Positions 9,256-20,285 of a DNA stretch of 42,743 bases are shown here, piece after piece. The stretch's first letter is position 1. Each line of letters begins with the position of its first letter. The translations under genes were made by a program, and so were the position numbers. Source of the stretch: a virus (Duplodnaviria > Caudoviricetes); the IMG/VR virus record IMGVR_UViG_3300008052_000004, positions 1 through 42,743 of that record, one strand, 5' to 3'. The notes below the pieces were generated by a model, which had not been told where the DNA came from, did not search any database, and was given only the letters and a program-made list of their open reading frames with translations.

Positions 9256-9858
9256 ATGGCTGTAACAGTAAACTTTGGTGTCCCAACAGAACAGACTGGT
9301 GGCACACTTATGCCAAAACTACAATACCGTTTCCGTGTTTCATTCACAAACCTGGGCGGTCAAGGTACAACTGGTTCACTAGTAACACGCAACGTTGTTA
9401 GTGTAACACGCCCAGCTCTAGATCACGAGGACGTAACAGTTGATGTTTACAACTCAAAAATTCGTTTAGCTGGTAAACACACATGGCAAGATGTAACTCT
9501 TGTAATTCGTGATGACGTCAACAGTGACGTTATGTCGTTTATGGGCAACCAGATGGCTCGCCAAGTAAACCATGCAACACAAGCATCAGCAAAAGCTGGT
9601 GAAGATTATAAGTTCGGTATGAAGATTGAAATGCTTGACGGTTCACAAACAGACAACGTAATTGATACATGGACACTAGCAGGTTGCTTTATCCCAAGTA
9701 TCCAATACGGTGATCTAAACTATGCAACAAGTGACGTAGTGCAAATTACTGCAACCATTCGTTATGATAACGCATCTAACGAAGGTGCAGGTGGTAATGA
9801 TGTACTAGCATTTGGAACACCTGGAAAGGGTGATATCGCCGTCGGCGGCAACAACTAA
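9256..9858 (+). CDS. tail tube protein (gp19-like)
   Basis: PKLQYRFRV, AGKHTW.DVTL..RDD, W.L.GCF and YGDLNY motifs; follows the sheath gene. Confidence 0.9.
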   Translation: MAVTVNFGVPTEQTGGTLMPKLQYRFRVSFTNLGGQGTTGSLVTRNVVSVTRPALDHEDVTVDVYNSKIRLAGKHTWQDVTLVIRDDVNSDVMSFMGNQMARQVNHATQASAKAGEDYKFGMKIEMLDGSQTDNVIDTWTLAGCFIPSIQYGDLNYATSDVVQITATIRYDNASNEGAGGNDVLAFGTPGKGDIAVGGNN

Positions 9859-9871
9859 TAGAGACGCTTAA

Positions 9872-10501
9872 ATGAGCAAGTTTCTAGGAGGAATAGCGGC
9901 AGATATCTACAGCCAGAGCAAATCAGGTAGCAGCAGCACACAGTCATTTATACCTAGAAGCAAGTTTCAATTCAGTGTTGAAATTGATTATCGCGGAGGG
10001 TCTGGAAATGCCATCCAGACCCTTCAGCTTACGAGAATTTCCGAAGTTCAGATGCCGGGCGTTATCTTTAAAACAACCATCATGAATCAATACAACAAAA
10101 AGCGTTTAGCTAATACTGGCGTTGACTATACTCCAATTTATATTAGTGCTTATGATACACGTGATGCACAAATTGAAGACTTCCTTAAAAAATACGCAGC
10201 ATACTATTATGATGGTCCAATGAATGATACTTTTGGAAGAGCACAATTAACTGACGATATTATACAGGACAGTTTTGTTTTTGGAGCAAGTCAACGTGGC
10301 TTGAAATTACAAGACTCAAGATTCTATATTCAAAAAATACGTATTAAAAGAACGTCAAGTTCAGAAGACAACAACGTAATAACTTTGTTTAACCCTTTAA
10401 TTACTGCGGTTCAAGGTGATACACTAAGCTATAGTGATAGTAATCCTGTACAGTATCGCATAGAATTTGCTTATGAGGGCTATGACATAAAAACATTGTA
10501 A
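9872..10501 (+). CDS. tail-tube-fold protein (tube initiator / baseplate-tube junction)
   Basis: PRSKFQF, V.MPG, NQYNKKR, TLFNP.I and D.LSYSD..V motifs resemble the tube fold. Confidence 0.65.
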   Translation: MSKFLGGIAADIYSQSKSGSSSTQSFIPRSKFQFSVEIDYRGGSGNAIQTLQLTRISEVQMPGVIFKTTIMNQYNKKRLANTGVDYTPIYISAYDTRDAQIEDFLKKYAAYYYDGPMNDTFGRAQLTDDIIQDSFVFGASQRGLKLQDSRFYIQKIRIKRTSSSEDNNVITLFNPLITAVQGDTLSYSDSNPVQYRIEFAYEGYDIKTL

Positions 10502-10512
10502 GGATATAGCAC

Positions 10513-10959
10513 ATGGCTAAATTCCAAAATGGCGAATATGTGCCACAAAATCCAAGTAAATATATAGGCAAAGGAACGCCGCGTTATAGAAGCGGATGGG
10601 AATTAGCTGTATTTCGTATGTGCGACAATCATCCTGCCATATTAGGCTGGGGCAGTGAAACTCATCGTATACCATATAAAAATCCAGTCACTGGAAAAAA
10701 TACAACCTATGTACCAGATCTGTTAATAGTATACCAGGATCGTAATGGACAAAAACGTGCTGAGATAGTAGAAGTAAAGCCCAGTAAACAAATACTGGGT
10801 GAAGCACGTTCACAAATGGAAAAAGCCCAGGCAGTTATTAATGCTGCAAAATGGGAAGCAGCACGTGCATGGTGTAAAAGTCAAGGACTGGGTTTCCGCA
10901 TTATTACTGAAAATGAAATATTCAACAAGCCACAGGGATCCAAAAGGAAGAAGAAGTGA
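10513..10959 (+). CDS. head completion nuclease (T4 gp4-like, TnsA-type fold)
   Basis: P.NP.KYIG, YRSGWE, W.SE...IPY, YVPD, EVKP, N.AKWEAA and F.IITE motifs. Confidence 0.9.
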   Translation: MAKFQNGEYVPQNPSKYIGKGTPRYRSGWELAVFRMCDNHPAILGWGSETHRIPYKNPVTGKNTTYVPDLLIVYQDRNGQKRAEIVEVKPSKQILGEARSQMEKAQAVINAAKWEAARAWCKSQGLGFRIITENEIFNKPQGSKRKKK

Positions 10960-11810
10960 TACCAAAAAAACCAGATGTACCATATATGATTTCACTAGGT
11001 ACAAGTCATACTGCTGGCGAATGCGATGAAACAAACCTAGAGTTAACCTTTGCTGATTATATAGCAGAAGACCTAGGATTAGAATTAATAAAGATAGGTT
11101 TACCAGGTTGTGATAATTTAGAGTTATTATTTGCGTTTAACAAACTACTTAGAAGCGGCATAATTACCGATGAAAATATGAAATTATTTATTTTCGAACC
11201 AAGAATTATAGATGTATCTGGCAGAATACCACTAGAAGCAGTAATCAACGATAATGATTTAGAAAACATATTAGATAGTCTATTAGAACATGATATTCAT
11301 ATACATCATGAATATTTTACAAAAGAATTTATTTCTTTTTCTTTATATTATTATGGTGGTACAGAAGATATAGATCAATGGATTAAAGATGGTATAGATG
11401 CAATCTACAACTTTACTGGTTATAAATGTAAACCACACGTGTACAGTAATAAGGCACTAAGTGATTACAGCAAGTATATAATAAATCATTCAAGTACATT
11501 TATGCAACAAGCCAATAACCTGGCATTAATAGAATCTGTATTAAATCATTTGAAATATACAAATAAGAATTATTTCTGGCTAACCTTTAATTTTATGGGG
11601 GGTTCATTATTGGATAAGATAATTAAGAAATACTACAATGAAAATTTAGAAAATACTTTATTAATGCACACCATAATAGAAAAATTTAAAGATATAGATA
11701 ACGGAAATCTTCTTTGTGAATGTGAACATATGAATGAATATGGACACAAACATCTATATAATCTAATAATAGACAAGATAAAGGAAGGCTATTATGACAA
11801 AACGACTTGA
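10956..11810 (+). CDS. SGNH/GDSL-like hydrolase, AT-rich
   Basis: Block I LGTSHTAG, block II IGLPGCDN, C-terminal EHMNEYGH. Confidence 0.65.
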   Translation: MIPKKPDVPYMISLGTSHTAGECDETNLELTFADYIAEDLGLELIKIGLPGCDNLELLFAFNKLLRSGIITDENMKLFIFEPRIIDVSGRIPLEAVINDNDLENILDSLLEHDIHIHHEYFTKEFISFSLYYYGGTEDIDQWIKDGIDAIYNFTGYKCKPHVYSNKALSDYSKYIINHSSTFMQQANNLALIESVLNHLKYTNKNYFWLTFNFMGGSLLDKIIKKYYNENLENTLLMHTIIEKFKDIDNGNLLCECEHMNEYGHKHLYNLIIDKIKEGYYDKTT

Positions 11811-12342
11811 AGAAGAATTTAATCTTCCTCCTATTGAAGATATTGAATTCAACTATGAAGATGATGAAGACGCTGAACCAACGCTGGAAGAAGTGCAAAA
11901 TGAAATAGCGTTATATAAAGACGAGATGGCATTGACTGAACGTGTTGATGCAGCATTGCCTCTTGTACAGGGTTTAGAAGAACTTGATCGTGAAATGGAT
12001 GAATACGCTACCAAAGCAATGAACACATTTGAAGAACTATGCGACTTGGGCAAGAACGTAGAAGATCGCCACGCAGCACCAGTATTTGACAGTGCTAGTA
12101 AAATGTTAGCAGCCGCTATACAAGCAAAGCAAGCAAAAATGGATAAGAAGCTAAAGATGGTAGAACTTCAAATGCGTAAACAACGTTTGGATATGCAGGA
12201 AAAAGAACTACAGCTTAAAATTAAAAAAGCAACTGAAGCTGATGATGAATATGATAGTCCAGCAATTGAGGGCAAGATTGTGGGTGATCGCGCCAGTATG
12301 ATCGCAGAAATAATGGCAAAAATGAAACAAAACGATAAATAG
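11794..12342 (+). CDS. probable terminase small subunit (gp16-like)
   Basis: Helical core, coiled coil and C-terminal IVGDR.. strand resemble T4-type TerS; lies upstream of TerL. Confidence 0.55.
   Translation: MTKRLEEEFNLPPIEDIEFNYEDDEDAEPTLEEVQNEIALYKDEMALTERVDAALPLVQGLEELDREMDEYATKAMNTFEELCDLGKNVEDRHAAPVFDSASKMLAAAIQAKQAKMDKKLKMVELQMRKQRLDMQEKELQLKIKKATEADDEYDSPAIEGKIVGDRASMIAEIMAKMKQNDK
12334..12341 (+). promoter_or_regulatory. late-type promoter
   Basis: GATAAATA overlapping the upstream stop codon. Confidence 0.65.
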
Positions 12343-12362
12343 TAATACTAGGAGACATGGCC

Positions 12363-12863
12363 ATGAAATCTTTCAAATCATATTTGCAGGAATCTGCAAA
12401 AACATATACATATAGAATTAAGTTAGCCAAAGAGCTAACCAACGAGGAATTTGACCGTATTGAACGTCACTTAGTAAAGTACAACGTTCAAAAGTTTGGT
12501 GCACCAAAGAAACTAATGTTGCAATCAACACCATACGATTTCCCACAGCTACGTGGTTATGAGATCCATGTTGTTGAGTTTACTACAACTATTCCAGCGA
12601 GTGCATATCAAATTCAAACAGAGATTCAAAATTTAATTGGCATTAGCGACGGCTTCATGAAAGTGCGCAGTGACCAAGAGCCATTAGAAAAAGCAGAACA
12701 GCAAGCTACCGCCGAAAGCAATGGAAAGAGCCTCCTAGAAGATCCAAGCTACGGTGAAGCAGAAACTGTAAAAGCTGAAGATTATTATGGCGACAAATAT
12801 AACACAAAGTTTGTACAAGAGCTACTAAAGCTACGCAAAGAAAAGGAAAAAGACAATGAATGA
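12363..12863 (+). CDS. probable head-internal protein
   Basis: Start chosen from GGAG spacing; N-terminus MKSFKSYLQES resembles T4-type capsid-targeting/cleavage leaders. Confidence 0.7.
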   Translation: MKSFKSYLQESAKTYTYRIKLAKELTNEEFDRIERHLVKYNVQKFGAPKKLMLQSTPYDFPQLRGYEIHVVEFTTTIPASAYQIQTEIQNLIGISDGFMKVRSDQEPLEKAEQQATAESNGKSLLEDPSYGEAETVKAEDYYGDKYNTKFVQELLKLRKEKEKDNE

Positions 12864-13482
12864 TCTAGCTAGAATCCTAGGTCTTGCAGGTCTGGCTACA
12901 GAACAGAGCGTAGCAAGTCCAGCAGATCGCGAACTAAAAGAATACGGCGAAGAAGGTTGCCCATGCTGTGACGGCGGAAGTTGCATGTGCAAAGGCGATT
13001 GTCCAGATTGCAACTGCCATGGTAACAACGAATGGGATGAATCAGTAGAAGAAGCAGCAAAGCCAGACTTTCTAGATGTTGATGGCGACGGTGATACTGA
13101 AGAGTCATGGGAAGACGCTGAAGAGGATAAAGAAGAAATGAAAGAATCAGAATGGTGCGACGTATGTGGTAATGATACATGCAGTTGCACAGACACTATG
13201 GTTGAGTCACCAACAATGGACACAACACAACTAGTAATCATGATGCGCAACGCAGGCTTGAGTGAAGAAGTTATCTCACAAAAATTAGACGAGTGGGCAA
13301 ACACCCCAGAGGGCGTTGGCGAAGTTGAACCAACTGTACACGGCGATGCATATGATTTCGCACAGAGTGTTAACCTAAGTCTAAAGCGTTATCTAGATGC
13401 ACAAGACATGAAAGTGCAAGTCACTGAACATAAAGTTGAGGACATGAAAGCACTTTACGAAGCACACAAAGCAAAGAAATAA
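12856..13482 (+). CDS. acidic, Cys-rich probable virion/head protein
   Basis: LARILGLAGL N-terminus, two Cys clusters, DFLDVDGDGDTEE motif. Confidence 0.75.
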   Translation: MNDLARILGLAGLATEQSVASPADRELKEYGEEGCPCCDGGSCMCKGDCPDCNCHGNNEWDESVEEAAKPDFLDVDGDGDTEESWEDAEEDKEEMKESEWCDVCGNDTCSCTDTMVESPTMDTTQLVIMMRNAGLSEEVISQKLDEWANTPEGVGEVEPTVHGDAYDFAQSVNLSLKRYLDAQDMKVQVTEHKVEDMKALYEAHKAKK

Positions 13483-13503
13483 GTCCTACCGATAGGACAG
13501 ACC

Positions 13504-13532
13504 AAAATAGCACCTACGGGTGCTATTTTTTT
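13504..13532 (+). terminator. intrinsic terminator
   Basis: AAAATAGCACC-TACG-GGTGCTATTTT plus T run. Confidence 0.85.
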
Positions 13533-13533
13533 G

Positions 13534-13541
13534 GATAAATA
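13534..13541 (+). promoter_or_regulatory. late-type promoter
   Basis: GATAAATA, 5 nt before the terminase ATG. Confidence 0.7.
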
Positions 13542-13546
13542 GTGTT

Positions 13547-15109
<1,563 letters not shown>

Positions 15110-15117
15110 GCAAATAG

Positions 15118-15125
15118 CATAAATA
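15118..15125 (+). promoter_or_regulatory. late-type promoter
   Basis: CATAAATA. Confidence 0.7.
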
Positions 15126-15149
15126 GTTATAACAACAAGGAAAACTACA

Positions 15150-16421
15150 GTGGAACAACTTGCAAGTGAAATATTCGCTATTCTAAAGGGTGCTAATTAC
15201 AAGCTACGTCTGTTTACAGCAGATGGTTTGAAAACAATGGACCCAGAAGAAGCAACACGTTTCTATGCTTACGATCAGGATTTGATGGTATCAATACGTC
15301 AAGATGAAGCAAGAACAGAAGTAGTAGTCCAGGCTGGTGAGGGATACAATATTCCACGTAACTCAAAGTTACTTGGCGCAATTAAAGCCACAGCCCATAG
15401 AAATTTAGGTGAATATACAGTGAGAAAATTTGATAAAGCAATAGCCCCAAAAGACTTCGCACACCAGAGTGTAGTTGAAAGCGCATTTGGCAAAGCGTAT
15501 GGTAGTATCAAAACAAGCTACGTAATGAGTCCACATGCTAAACTAATTATTAAGCATAGCAAAGGTGTTGACGAGAGCGTTAAAGGTTCACGTAGCCGTA
15601 ATATTCACAGCTTGTTCATTGAAAGCGAACAAGGCGAGAAATTTGCGTTTCCATTCAAATACATGAGTGGCGCAAAAGCAATGACGATGCACGTCAGCGA
15701 AGGCGGTACACCATATGACGAAAAGGGCAAAGCGATCCTGGCAGTCTGTGAAGAAATCGCAGATCTAACCAAGTTTGTAAAGCATACACGTGCCAACAAA
15801 CTTGTCAACGAAGGTAACGAGGACATTGTTGAAACAATTCGTAGTAGAATTGCAGAAAACAAGGCACTTGTTAAATCTTTGTCAACAAAAAGAGGTTATA
15901 ACAACTTCCAGGTATCAGAAAATATCCAGGAAGAACAAATTGATGTTGACATTACAGAACAATTCCTATATGATACATTTACCGCAGAAGAAATGCAAAG
16001 AATCGTAAGCCGCGTAAATCGCATCGTATCAGAAGCAGGAAAGAGAGACAACATGCAGCAAGAACTTATTGGTAAACTATACGGTATTATCCAAAGCGGA
16101 AATCTGGGGATGTCACACGTTGACAGAAATGACCCAGAGAACCCAAACAACGAAAATCCAGCAAAATATAGCGGTCCACAGGGTGCTTACGCAAAACTTG
16201 CTAGCATGTTGTCATTCATTGCTAAACGTACAACTAATGACGAACTATCAAATGTACTAGGCGAACTAAGTGAGCGTGTTTTTAATCTAGACAAAGCATC
16301 ACTAAACGTACTAGCAAAGTTCGTTATGTTTGCACTAAAGCCAAAGGCAGCGCCAGCGGCAGCAACTGAATCTGCTCTAGACGAGAGTGTATTGTTCTCA
16401 CTACGCAAAAAGATTTCCTAA
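15150..16421 (+). CDS. hypothetical late protein, probably virion/head
   Basis: 423-aa ORF, GTG start with AAGGA RBS, late promoter, several hydrophobic-x-E motifs. Confidence 0.8.
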   Translation: MEQLASEIFAILKGANYKLRLFTADGLKTMDPEEATRFYAYDQDLMVSIRQDEARTEVVVQAGEGYNIPRNSKLLGAIKATAHRNLGEYTVRKFDKAIAPKDFAHQSVVESAFGKAYGSIKTSYVMSPHAKLIIKHSKGVDESVKGSRSRNIHSLFIESEQGEKFAFPFKYMSGAKAMTMHVSEGGTPYDEKGKAILAVCEEIADLTKFVKHTRANKLVNEGNEDIVETIRSRIAENKALVKSLSTKRGYNNFQVSENIQEEQIDVDITEQFLYDTFTAEEMQRIVSRVNRIVSEAGKRDNMQQELIGKLYGIIQSGNLGMSHVDRNDPENPNNENPAKYSGPQGAYAKLASMLSFIAKRTTNDELSNVLGELSERVFNLDKASLNVLAKFVMFALKPKAAPAAATESALDESVLFSLRKKIS

Positions 16422-16440
16422 TAGGTGATCTAAAAACTGC

Positions 16441-16469
16441 TTGACAGTGAGCAGTAATTGTAATACACT
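16441..16469 (+). promoter_or_regulatory. sigma70-type promoter for the SSB gene
   Basis: TTGACA-17-TACACT. Confidence 0.75.
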
Positions 16470-16546
16470 GTAAAGGCTAACATAGGCAATCGCGAACATT
16501 AGTTTGCAAAATTATATACTAACATAGGCTAATAAAGGAAAAAACT

Positions 16547-17560
16547 ATGGCATCACTAGCAGAAATCCGTGCGAAATTACTCGCACAAGAAAATCGTCAA
16601 ACTGGCACACGTTCAACAGGCACTGGCGACAACGCAATTTTCGCACACTGGAATATCAAAGAAGGCGAAACTGCAACACTACGCTTCCTCCCAGACGCAG
16701 ATGAATCAAATACGTTCTTTTGGAAAGAACGTCAGATGATGCGTTTTGAATTCCCAGGCGTTAAAGGTGGGGATGAACACAAACCTGTAACAGTACAGGT
16801 TCCATGTATTGAAATGTGGAATGAAACATGCCCAGTACATGCTGAAATCCGTCCGTGGTTTAAAGATTCTTCAATGGAAGACCTTGCACGTAAGTACTGG
16901 AAGAAAAAATCATACATCTTCCAAGGCTTCGTAACTGATAACCCAACAGACGAAGAAAATCCAGAAAATCCAATCCGTCGTTTTGTAATCAGCCCACAGA
17001 TCTTTAAGATCATCAGTGCTGCACTAATGGATCCTGATTTCCCAGAAATCCCAACCGATTATGAAAACGGCACTGACTTTAAAGTAGCCAAAGGCAGCAA
17101 AGGCGGCTATGCAGACTATGGTACATCAAACTGGGCTCGTCGTGAGCGTAGTCTAAACCAAACTGAACGTGATGCAATCGCACAGTATGGCTTGTTCAAC
17201 TTGAACGACTATCTTCCAAAGAAACCAAATGCTGAAGAACTAAACGCTATCTTTGAAATGTTCGAAGCAAGTGTTGATGGTCAGCTTTACGACCCAGAGC
17301 GTTTTGCTAACTACTACCGTCCATACGGTGTAGAGGCACCATCGACTGGGGCTCGCACAACACCTGCGGCAGCAGCACCACGCCCAGCGGCCCCTGCGCC
17401 AGCGCCACGCCCTGCTCCTGCTCCAGCAGCAGATTACGATGACGAAATCCCATTTAAATCAAATGAGGAAGTAGCACGTGAGTCAGCACCAGCAGCATCA
17501 GGCGATGCAAAACCAAGCGCACAGGACATCCTTGCGATGATTCGCAACCGTAAAGAATGA
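16547..17560 (+). CDS. single-stranded DNA-binding protein (T4 gp32-like)
   Basis: LRFLPD, PC....CPV, G.DFK..K..KGGYADY..S motifs; Pro/Ala linker and acidic tail. Confidence 0.9.
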   Translation: MASLAEIRAKLLAQENRQTGTRSTGTGDNAIFAHWNIKEGETATLRFLPDADESNTFFWKERQMMRFEFPGVKGGDEHKPVTVQVPCIEMWNETCPVHAEIRPWFKDSSMEDLARKYWKKKSYIFQGFVTDNPTDEENPENPIRRFVISPQIFKIISAALMDPDFPEIPTDYENGTDFKVAKGSKGGYADYGTSNWARRERSLNQTERDAIAQYGLFNLNDYLPKKPNAEELNAIFEMFEASVDGQLYDPERFANYYRPYGVEAPSTGARTTPAAAAPRPAAPAPAPRPAPAPAADYDDEIPFKSNEEVARESAPAASGDAKPSAQDILAMIRNRKE

Positions 17561-18144
17561 TGAATAAGAATAAATCACAGGATGGCGCCATCCTGTGTAA
17601 TTTACTACCAAGTTGTATTAAGCTAGGATTAATAGGCAACATTACTATTGATAAAATATTAAAAATATATTATAATGGAGATCTTGAGAATAGATTATTA
17701 CAATACACTGAAGGCAATAAATTAAAAACATCTTCACAAAATTATATAGAAATAACGGATGAAGATTTTTTTGAAAAATATAGTCAAAGTATCGTAAAAC
17801 AAAAAGAAATATCAAGATTACTACCATATAATAATATTTTAGAATATGATAATCTAAGGGTTGCCTCAATGAAACCCAATTGTATCTTACCAGAACATAT
17901 AGATGATACAAAAACTTATAGATTTATTATAATGCTGAAAGGTAGACATATATTTAGATCAGAGGGTACGTCTGTAGAAATGAAAGCAAGAGATGTCTGG
18001 TTTATTAACCCAGCGAAAAGACACGCTATAGAAAATTCTTTCCTGGAAGAAAGAGTAGCATTGCTGGGATCTTTTGAGATCTCAAATAACACAACCGAAT
18101 ACTTACTACGTAAAGCACAGAAAATGGAGAAATATTATGGCTAA
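17557..18144 (+). CDS. Asp/Asn beta-hydroxylase-like 2OG-Fe(II) oxygenase (cupin), AT-rich
   Basis: LPEHID (HxD), VWFINPAKRHAIEN (distal His), ERVALL (Arg). Confidence 0.7.
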   Translation: MMNKNKSQDGAILCNLLPSCIKLGLIGNITIDKILKIYYNGDLENRLLQYTEGNKLKTSSQNYIEITDEDFFEKYSQSIVKQKEISRLLPYNNILEYDNLRVASMKPNCILPEHIDDTKTYRFIIMLKGRHIFRSEGTSVEMKARDVWFINPAKRHAIENSFLEERVALLGSFEISNNTTEYLLRKAQKMEKYYG

Positions 18145-18331
18145 TAAGCATCTAAGCAAACTGGCTACAGTTGATGAAGATTTTAACGTAGCACAGGCAG
18201 ACAATGGATTTGTTGTATCCGTCAATGGGCGTGATAGAAATGAAAATTGGAAATCTGCAAAGATCTTGTGCAGCTCACTAGAGGAACTAACTGCACTTAT
18301 CAAAGACATTACTGAGATGGAGCGTTCATAA
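18137..18331 (+). CDS. small hypothetical protein
   Basis: ATG at 18137 with GGAG RBS; ADNGFVVSVNG motif; just before uvsX. Confidence 0.7.
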   Translation: MANKHLSKLATVDEDFNVAQADNGFVVSVNGRDRNENWKSAKILCSSLEELTALIKDITEMERS

Positions 18332-18333
18332 AC

Positions 18334-19449
18334 ATGGCGCGACCATTTGACATTAGTAAATTCCGCAAGAGTATTACTAAGTCAGTGCCAGGCTTGAGTG
18401 TAGGGTTTAACGATCCAGACACTTGGGTAAGCACAGGCAATTATACTCTTAACAAACTTATCAGCGGTGACTTCAATAAAGGTATTCCTCTTGGCAAAGT
18501 AACAGTGTTTGCGGGAGAATCAGGTGCGGGTAAATCATACATTGCATCAGGTAATCTAGTAAGACACGCACAAGAACAGGGCATTTTTGTTGTTCTTATT
18601 GACAGTGAAAACGCACTAGACGAAAAGTGGCTACACGCACTGAATGTAGATACAAGTGAAGATAAGCTACTTAAACTAAACTTGGCAATGATCGACGATG
18701 TTGCTAAAGTTGTCAGTGACTTCATGAAAGACTACAAATCAGAGTATGCTGATAAAGACAAAGCAGATCGTCCTAAAATCCTTTTTGTAGTTGACAGTCT
18801 TGGAATGTTGCTAACACCCACAGACGTAGATCAATTCCAGAAAGGTGACATGAAGGGCGACATGGGCCGCAAACCCAAGGCACTTACATCGCTTGTTCGT
18901 AATACTGTAAACATGTTAGGCGAATACAATGTAGGTTTTGTTGCAACTAACCATACGTATGCAAGTCAAGACATGTTTGATCCAGATGATAAAATCTCAG
19001 GTGGACAAGGCTTTATCTATGCATCAAGTATTGTATTAGCAATGCGTAAACTAAAGCTAAAAACAGACTCGGATGGCAACAAAACATCACAAGTTCACGG
19101 CATTCGTGCAGCGTGTAAAGTAATGAAAACACGTTATGCGAAACCATTTGAAAGTGTGCAAGTTGAAATTCCGTATGAAACTGGTATGAGCCCATACAGC
19201 GGACTAGTTGATTTCTTTGAAGCAAAAGGTGTGTTAACAAAAACTGGTAATAGGCTACAGTACATTAGTCCAGTTACTGGTGAAGTTATTGCTAAATTCC
19301 GCAAAGCATGGGAAAAGAACGAGGACGACCATTTGGACCTTATCATGGCTGAATGGGATCAACTGCCAGACGAGATTAAGGATTCTGGCGGTTCACTGGA
19401 ACAAGAAGAAATTGACTTAATTGTGGAGAATTCTAATGAAGCTGAATGA
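18334..19449 (+). CDS. uvsX: RecA-like recombinase
   Basis: Walker A AGESGAGKS, IDSENALD, VVDSLG, TNHTY, SGGQG. Confidence 0.95.
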   Translation: MARPFDISKFRKSITKSVPGLSVGFNDPDTWVSTGNYTLNKLISGDFNKGIPLGKVTVFAGESGAGKSYIASGNLVRHAQEQGIFVVLIDSENALDEKWLHALNVDTSEDKLLKLNLAMIDDVAKVVSDFMKDYKSEYADKDKADRPKILFVVDSLGMLLTPTDVDQFQKGDMKGDMGRKPKALTSLVRNTVNMLGEYNVGFVATNHTYASQDMFDPDDKISGGQGFIYASSIVLAMRKLKLKTDSDGNKTSQVHGIRAACKVMKTRYAKPFESVQVEIPYETGMSPYSGLVDFFEAKGVLTKTGNRLQYISPVTGEVIAKFRKAWEKNEDDHLDLIMAEWDQLPDEIKDSGGSLEQEEIDLIVENSNEAE

Positions 19450-19690
19450 CACTGATCTAGAAGCATTGATTTCAATCTATAGTGCAGCAAAACCACTTAT
19501 TCCTGAAAAGGAACGTCTACACTGGGCGGAAGTGTTTCTTGACAGACTTGACGACTATGGCATTGACCTTCGTGCAAACAGCGAAGAAATTGTTGATGCA
19601 TGTAATTATCTTGACAAAGCACTTGATATGCTGTTAAGTGAACATGATGAAGAATCATGGGAAACTGAAGACGAAGAAGATTGGGATTAA
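19436..19690 (+). CDS. small acidic hypothetical protein
   Basis: ATG with GGAG RBS; between uvsX and uvsY. Confidence 0.75.
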   Translation: MKLNDTDLEALISIYSAAKPLIPEKERLHWAEVFLDRLDDYGIDLRANSEEIVDACNYLDKALDMLLSEHDEESWETEDEEDWD

Positions 19691-20149
19691 ATGAGTTCAT
19701 GGTATCGTAAAGTTACTGCTAACATGGGGGAGATCGTTAACGCGATCTCCTACTTTGAACAGCAACTAGCTGAAGCAAAATTTGAATGTTCAATGAAGGG
19801 CAACCTTGAAAAACAAAGTCGTGATATGCCTGGTATTGTTGAACATCGTTTCAATCAGTTGCAGGAAGTAGAAGCGATACTTGAACATTTAAACACCGAA
19901 ATGCGTAAACTTCGCAGTCAGAAGTTTCGCAAGTTTTTAGAAGCATACAACAAAGCACTTAGTAGCCGTGACGCAGAACGTTATGTAGACGGTGAACAAG
20001 AGGTTGTTGATATGCAGTATTTGATTAACGATTTTAGCCTTGTGCGTAACAAGTTTATTGGACTTATTAAAGCACTAGAAGCCAAGCAGTTTCAAATCAA
20101 TAACATTGTAAAACTACGAGCTGCTGGTTTAGAAGACATTAGTTTGTAA
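19691..20149 (+). CDS. uvsY: recombination mediator (UvsY-like)
   Basis: Helical 152-aa protein with D.ERYVDGE..V and K.LE.K.FQI.NI motifs; downstream of uvsX. Confidence 0.75.
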   Translation: MSSWYRKVTANMGEIVNAISYFEQQLAEAKFECSMKGNLEKQSRDMPGIVEHRFNQLQEVEAILEHLNTEMRKLRSQKFRKFLEAYNKALSSRDAERYVDGEQEVVDMQYLINDFSLVRNKFIGLIKALEAKQFQINNIVKLRAAGLEDISL

Positions 20150-20175
20150 CCTTTGTGACATTTGGTTACCCCAAC

Positions 20176-20201
20176 TGCCTCCTACGGGAGGCATTTTTTT
20201 T
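20176..20201 (+). terminator. intrinsic terminator
   Basis: TGCCTCC-TACG-GGAGGCA plus T8. Confidence 0.9.
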
Positions 20202-20202
20202 C

Positions 20203-20231
20203 TTGACAAGACGCTTTGGTTATAGCATAAT
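20203..20231 (+). promoter_or_regulatory. sigma70-type promoter
   Basis: TTGACA-17-CATAAT. Confidence 0.75.
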
Positions 20232-20285
20232 GAGTGTATGATTAGGACAGGACCTGTCACAGGGGCCAATATAGGACATATAGAG

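Noticed and set aside
10513-10959. TnsA-like endonuclease motifs suggesting a Tn7-type element
   Set aside because: Motifs and context fit the T4 gp4 head-completion protein; there are no TnsB/C genes or transposon ends.
17340-17430. GC-rich repetitive stretch
   Set aside because: It encodes the Pro/Ala linker of the SSB and is not a DNA-level repeat element.
17447-17460. Possible -1 frameshift at CCA TTT AAA that would end SSB near the IPF motif
   Set aside because: It is not a canonical X XXY YYZ slippery heptamer in this frame, and no stimulatory structure is evident.
20238-20285. ATG at 20238 as another leaderless start
   Set aside because: Ambiguous: an SD-led ATG at 20286 is at least as plausible, so it was not counted.
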